Positions 62,531 through 64,000 of a stretch of DNA of 64,000 nt are shown here, piece by piece. Below the pieces are notes generated by a model. It saw only the letters and a program-made list of their open reading frames with translations, was not told the origin of the DNA and ran no database searches. Origin of the DNA: Malacoraja senta (taxonomy: Eukaryota); assembly GCA_038087875.1 (NCBI GenBank), contig CM075999.1, forward strand, positions 1,118,001 to 1,182,000, in the 5' to 3' direction. A program made the translations under genes and the position numbers. Positions within the stretch are counted from its first letter, which is position 1, and each line of letters begins with the position of its first letter.

Positions 62531-63691
62531 TTAATGCAGGGAGGATAAATGCAGAGATGATGTTTCCTTGGCTGACAAATCTAAGATCAGGGGACATAGC
62601 TTCTGAATAAGGAGTGCGCAGTTTAAGGCTGAGATAAAGGTAGTACAGAAGCTCAAACTCAAATGAAGTATCAAATTGTGCGCTCCTTTTGGATTTGTGC
62701 CATAAAGCAAATCAACAATAAAACATGGACTTACAGCCACCTTTGAGAAAGTACAGAGGAAAAACAAGATAAACTAAACCAAATTAAACAGCTAGAAATA
62801 TTGTTCTCAATTTCAGTCAATTTCTCCCCTTCGTTACAATGGTCCTACAGTAGTGGCTGCAGGTGCTACCTGCTACAGGTTCAACAAACAGCCTGACAGC
62901 TCGCTGTGTCTTCAAGTTACTGCTCTGTGAAGCTGAAGTCAATGCTTCATCCCACGCTCAGAAAAATCCAGTAATGGCTTAACTTACTGACAGATGTGGC
63001 CGCATCTCAATGGGTGATCTGCCAATTACATTTTTTTTTTAACCCGAGCTGAAAACTTTTATTCGATGAGGTTAAGTTTGTGAATTAAACACAAATTTCC
63101 TGGCAACCCACTCAAGGAAAGGAAGCACGCAACGCAGCAGTGTCAAAGCGGAGGGATGGTGGGAAAAGAATGAAGAATAAAGGGTGGCACGGTGTCGCAG
63201 CGGTAGAGTTGCTGCCAGAGACCCGGGTTCGATGCTGACTACGGGTGCTGCCTGTACGGAGTTTGTGCGTTCTCCCTGTGACTGTCCGTTACTTCCAATG
63301 TGAGACTAAAAGAATCTCTACAGTGGATCTAAAAGATGATTTCATCCTAAGGAGTGGATGGGAGAGATTATAAAAGCTCGATTCTCTCTTCGATCCGAGC
63401 ATGTTTTCCAGCAGAAGCAAAATAAATAACCATGAGAAACAGGAACCCTAGGTAGATGTTTTATCCTTCCTTGGGTATGAACAAAGGAAATGGTGGTGTC
63501 ATGAAATCATTGGAGCTAAGATGAACTAATTCAGCACACAGCGTGGACTGCTGTTCATTGTGCAAGGCCTAATACCATTATTAATGTGTTACAATACCTT
63601 ATAACATAAGTATGTTATGTTATAAGGTAGCATAATACCTATTATATTATGGTATGGACATATTTACAGAATTACAGGCAGGACGCATAGC

Positions 63692-63950
63692 AGGGCGGCA
63701 CAGTGGCACAGCTGTAGGGTTGTTGTCTTACAGTGCCCGAGTCCCGGGTTCGACTGCAGGTGCTGTCTGTACGGAGTTTGCACGTTCACCCTGTGACTGC
63801 GTGGGTTTTCTTTGGGTGCTCCATTTTTCTCCTACCTTTCAAAGATGTGCAGGATTGTAGATTAATTGGCTCCTGTAAATTGCCCCTAGTGTGCAGGATG
63901 CGGAAACAGGATAACGTGGAACTAGTGTGCAGGTGATTAATGGTCTGGGT
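63692..63950 (+). mobile_element. HE1-like SINE
   Basis: A/B boxes, core. Confidence 0.75.
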
Positions 63951-64000
63951 GGTGATTAATGGTGATTAATGAGCTTCTTTGGCCCACTGAGTCCACGCCG

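Overview
Eukaryotic, repeat-saturated, mostly intronic or intergenic DNA. The repeat repertoire (HE1/V-SINE-type tRNA SINEs, CR1, L2, Rex1/Babar, Penelope, DIRS, Tc1) suggests a cartilaginous fish, probably a skate or ray; this is inference, not a database result. No host gene could be named, although three weak minus-strand exon candidates are noted. The large elements are: two decayed but full-length DIRS1-type tyrosine-recombinase retrotransposons (25821-30548 minus, 36810-41618 plus) with intact ITR/ICR architecture and ATT ends; a young Tc1 (54383-55992) with one frameshift; a 5'-truncated L2 RT flanked by a 65-bp direct repeat; a non-autonomous Helitron (23126-24885) carrying satellites and nested retroelements; and five Harbinger-type MITEs. 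The most notable observation is a ~140-bp SINE-like retroposon in three TSD-flanked copies (6492, 48119, 61878). Its first ~54 nt fit a minimal HDV/CPEB3-like ribozyme, and it ends in a (GAA)n tail. Many Penelope-derived terminal repeats also carry minimal hammerhead ribozyme cores. All family assignments are by eye from motifs.
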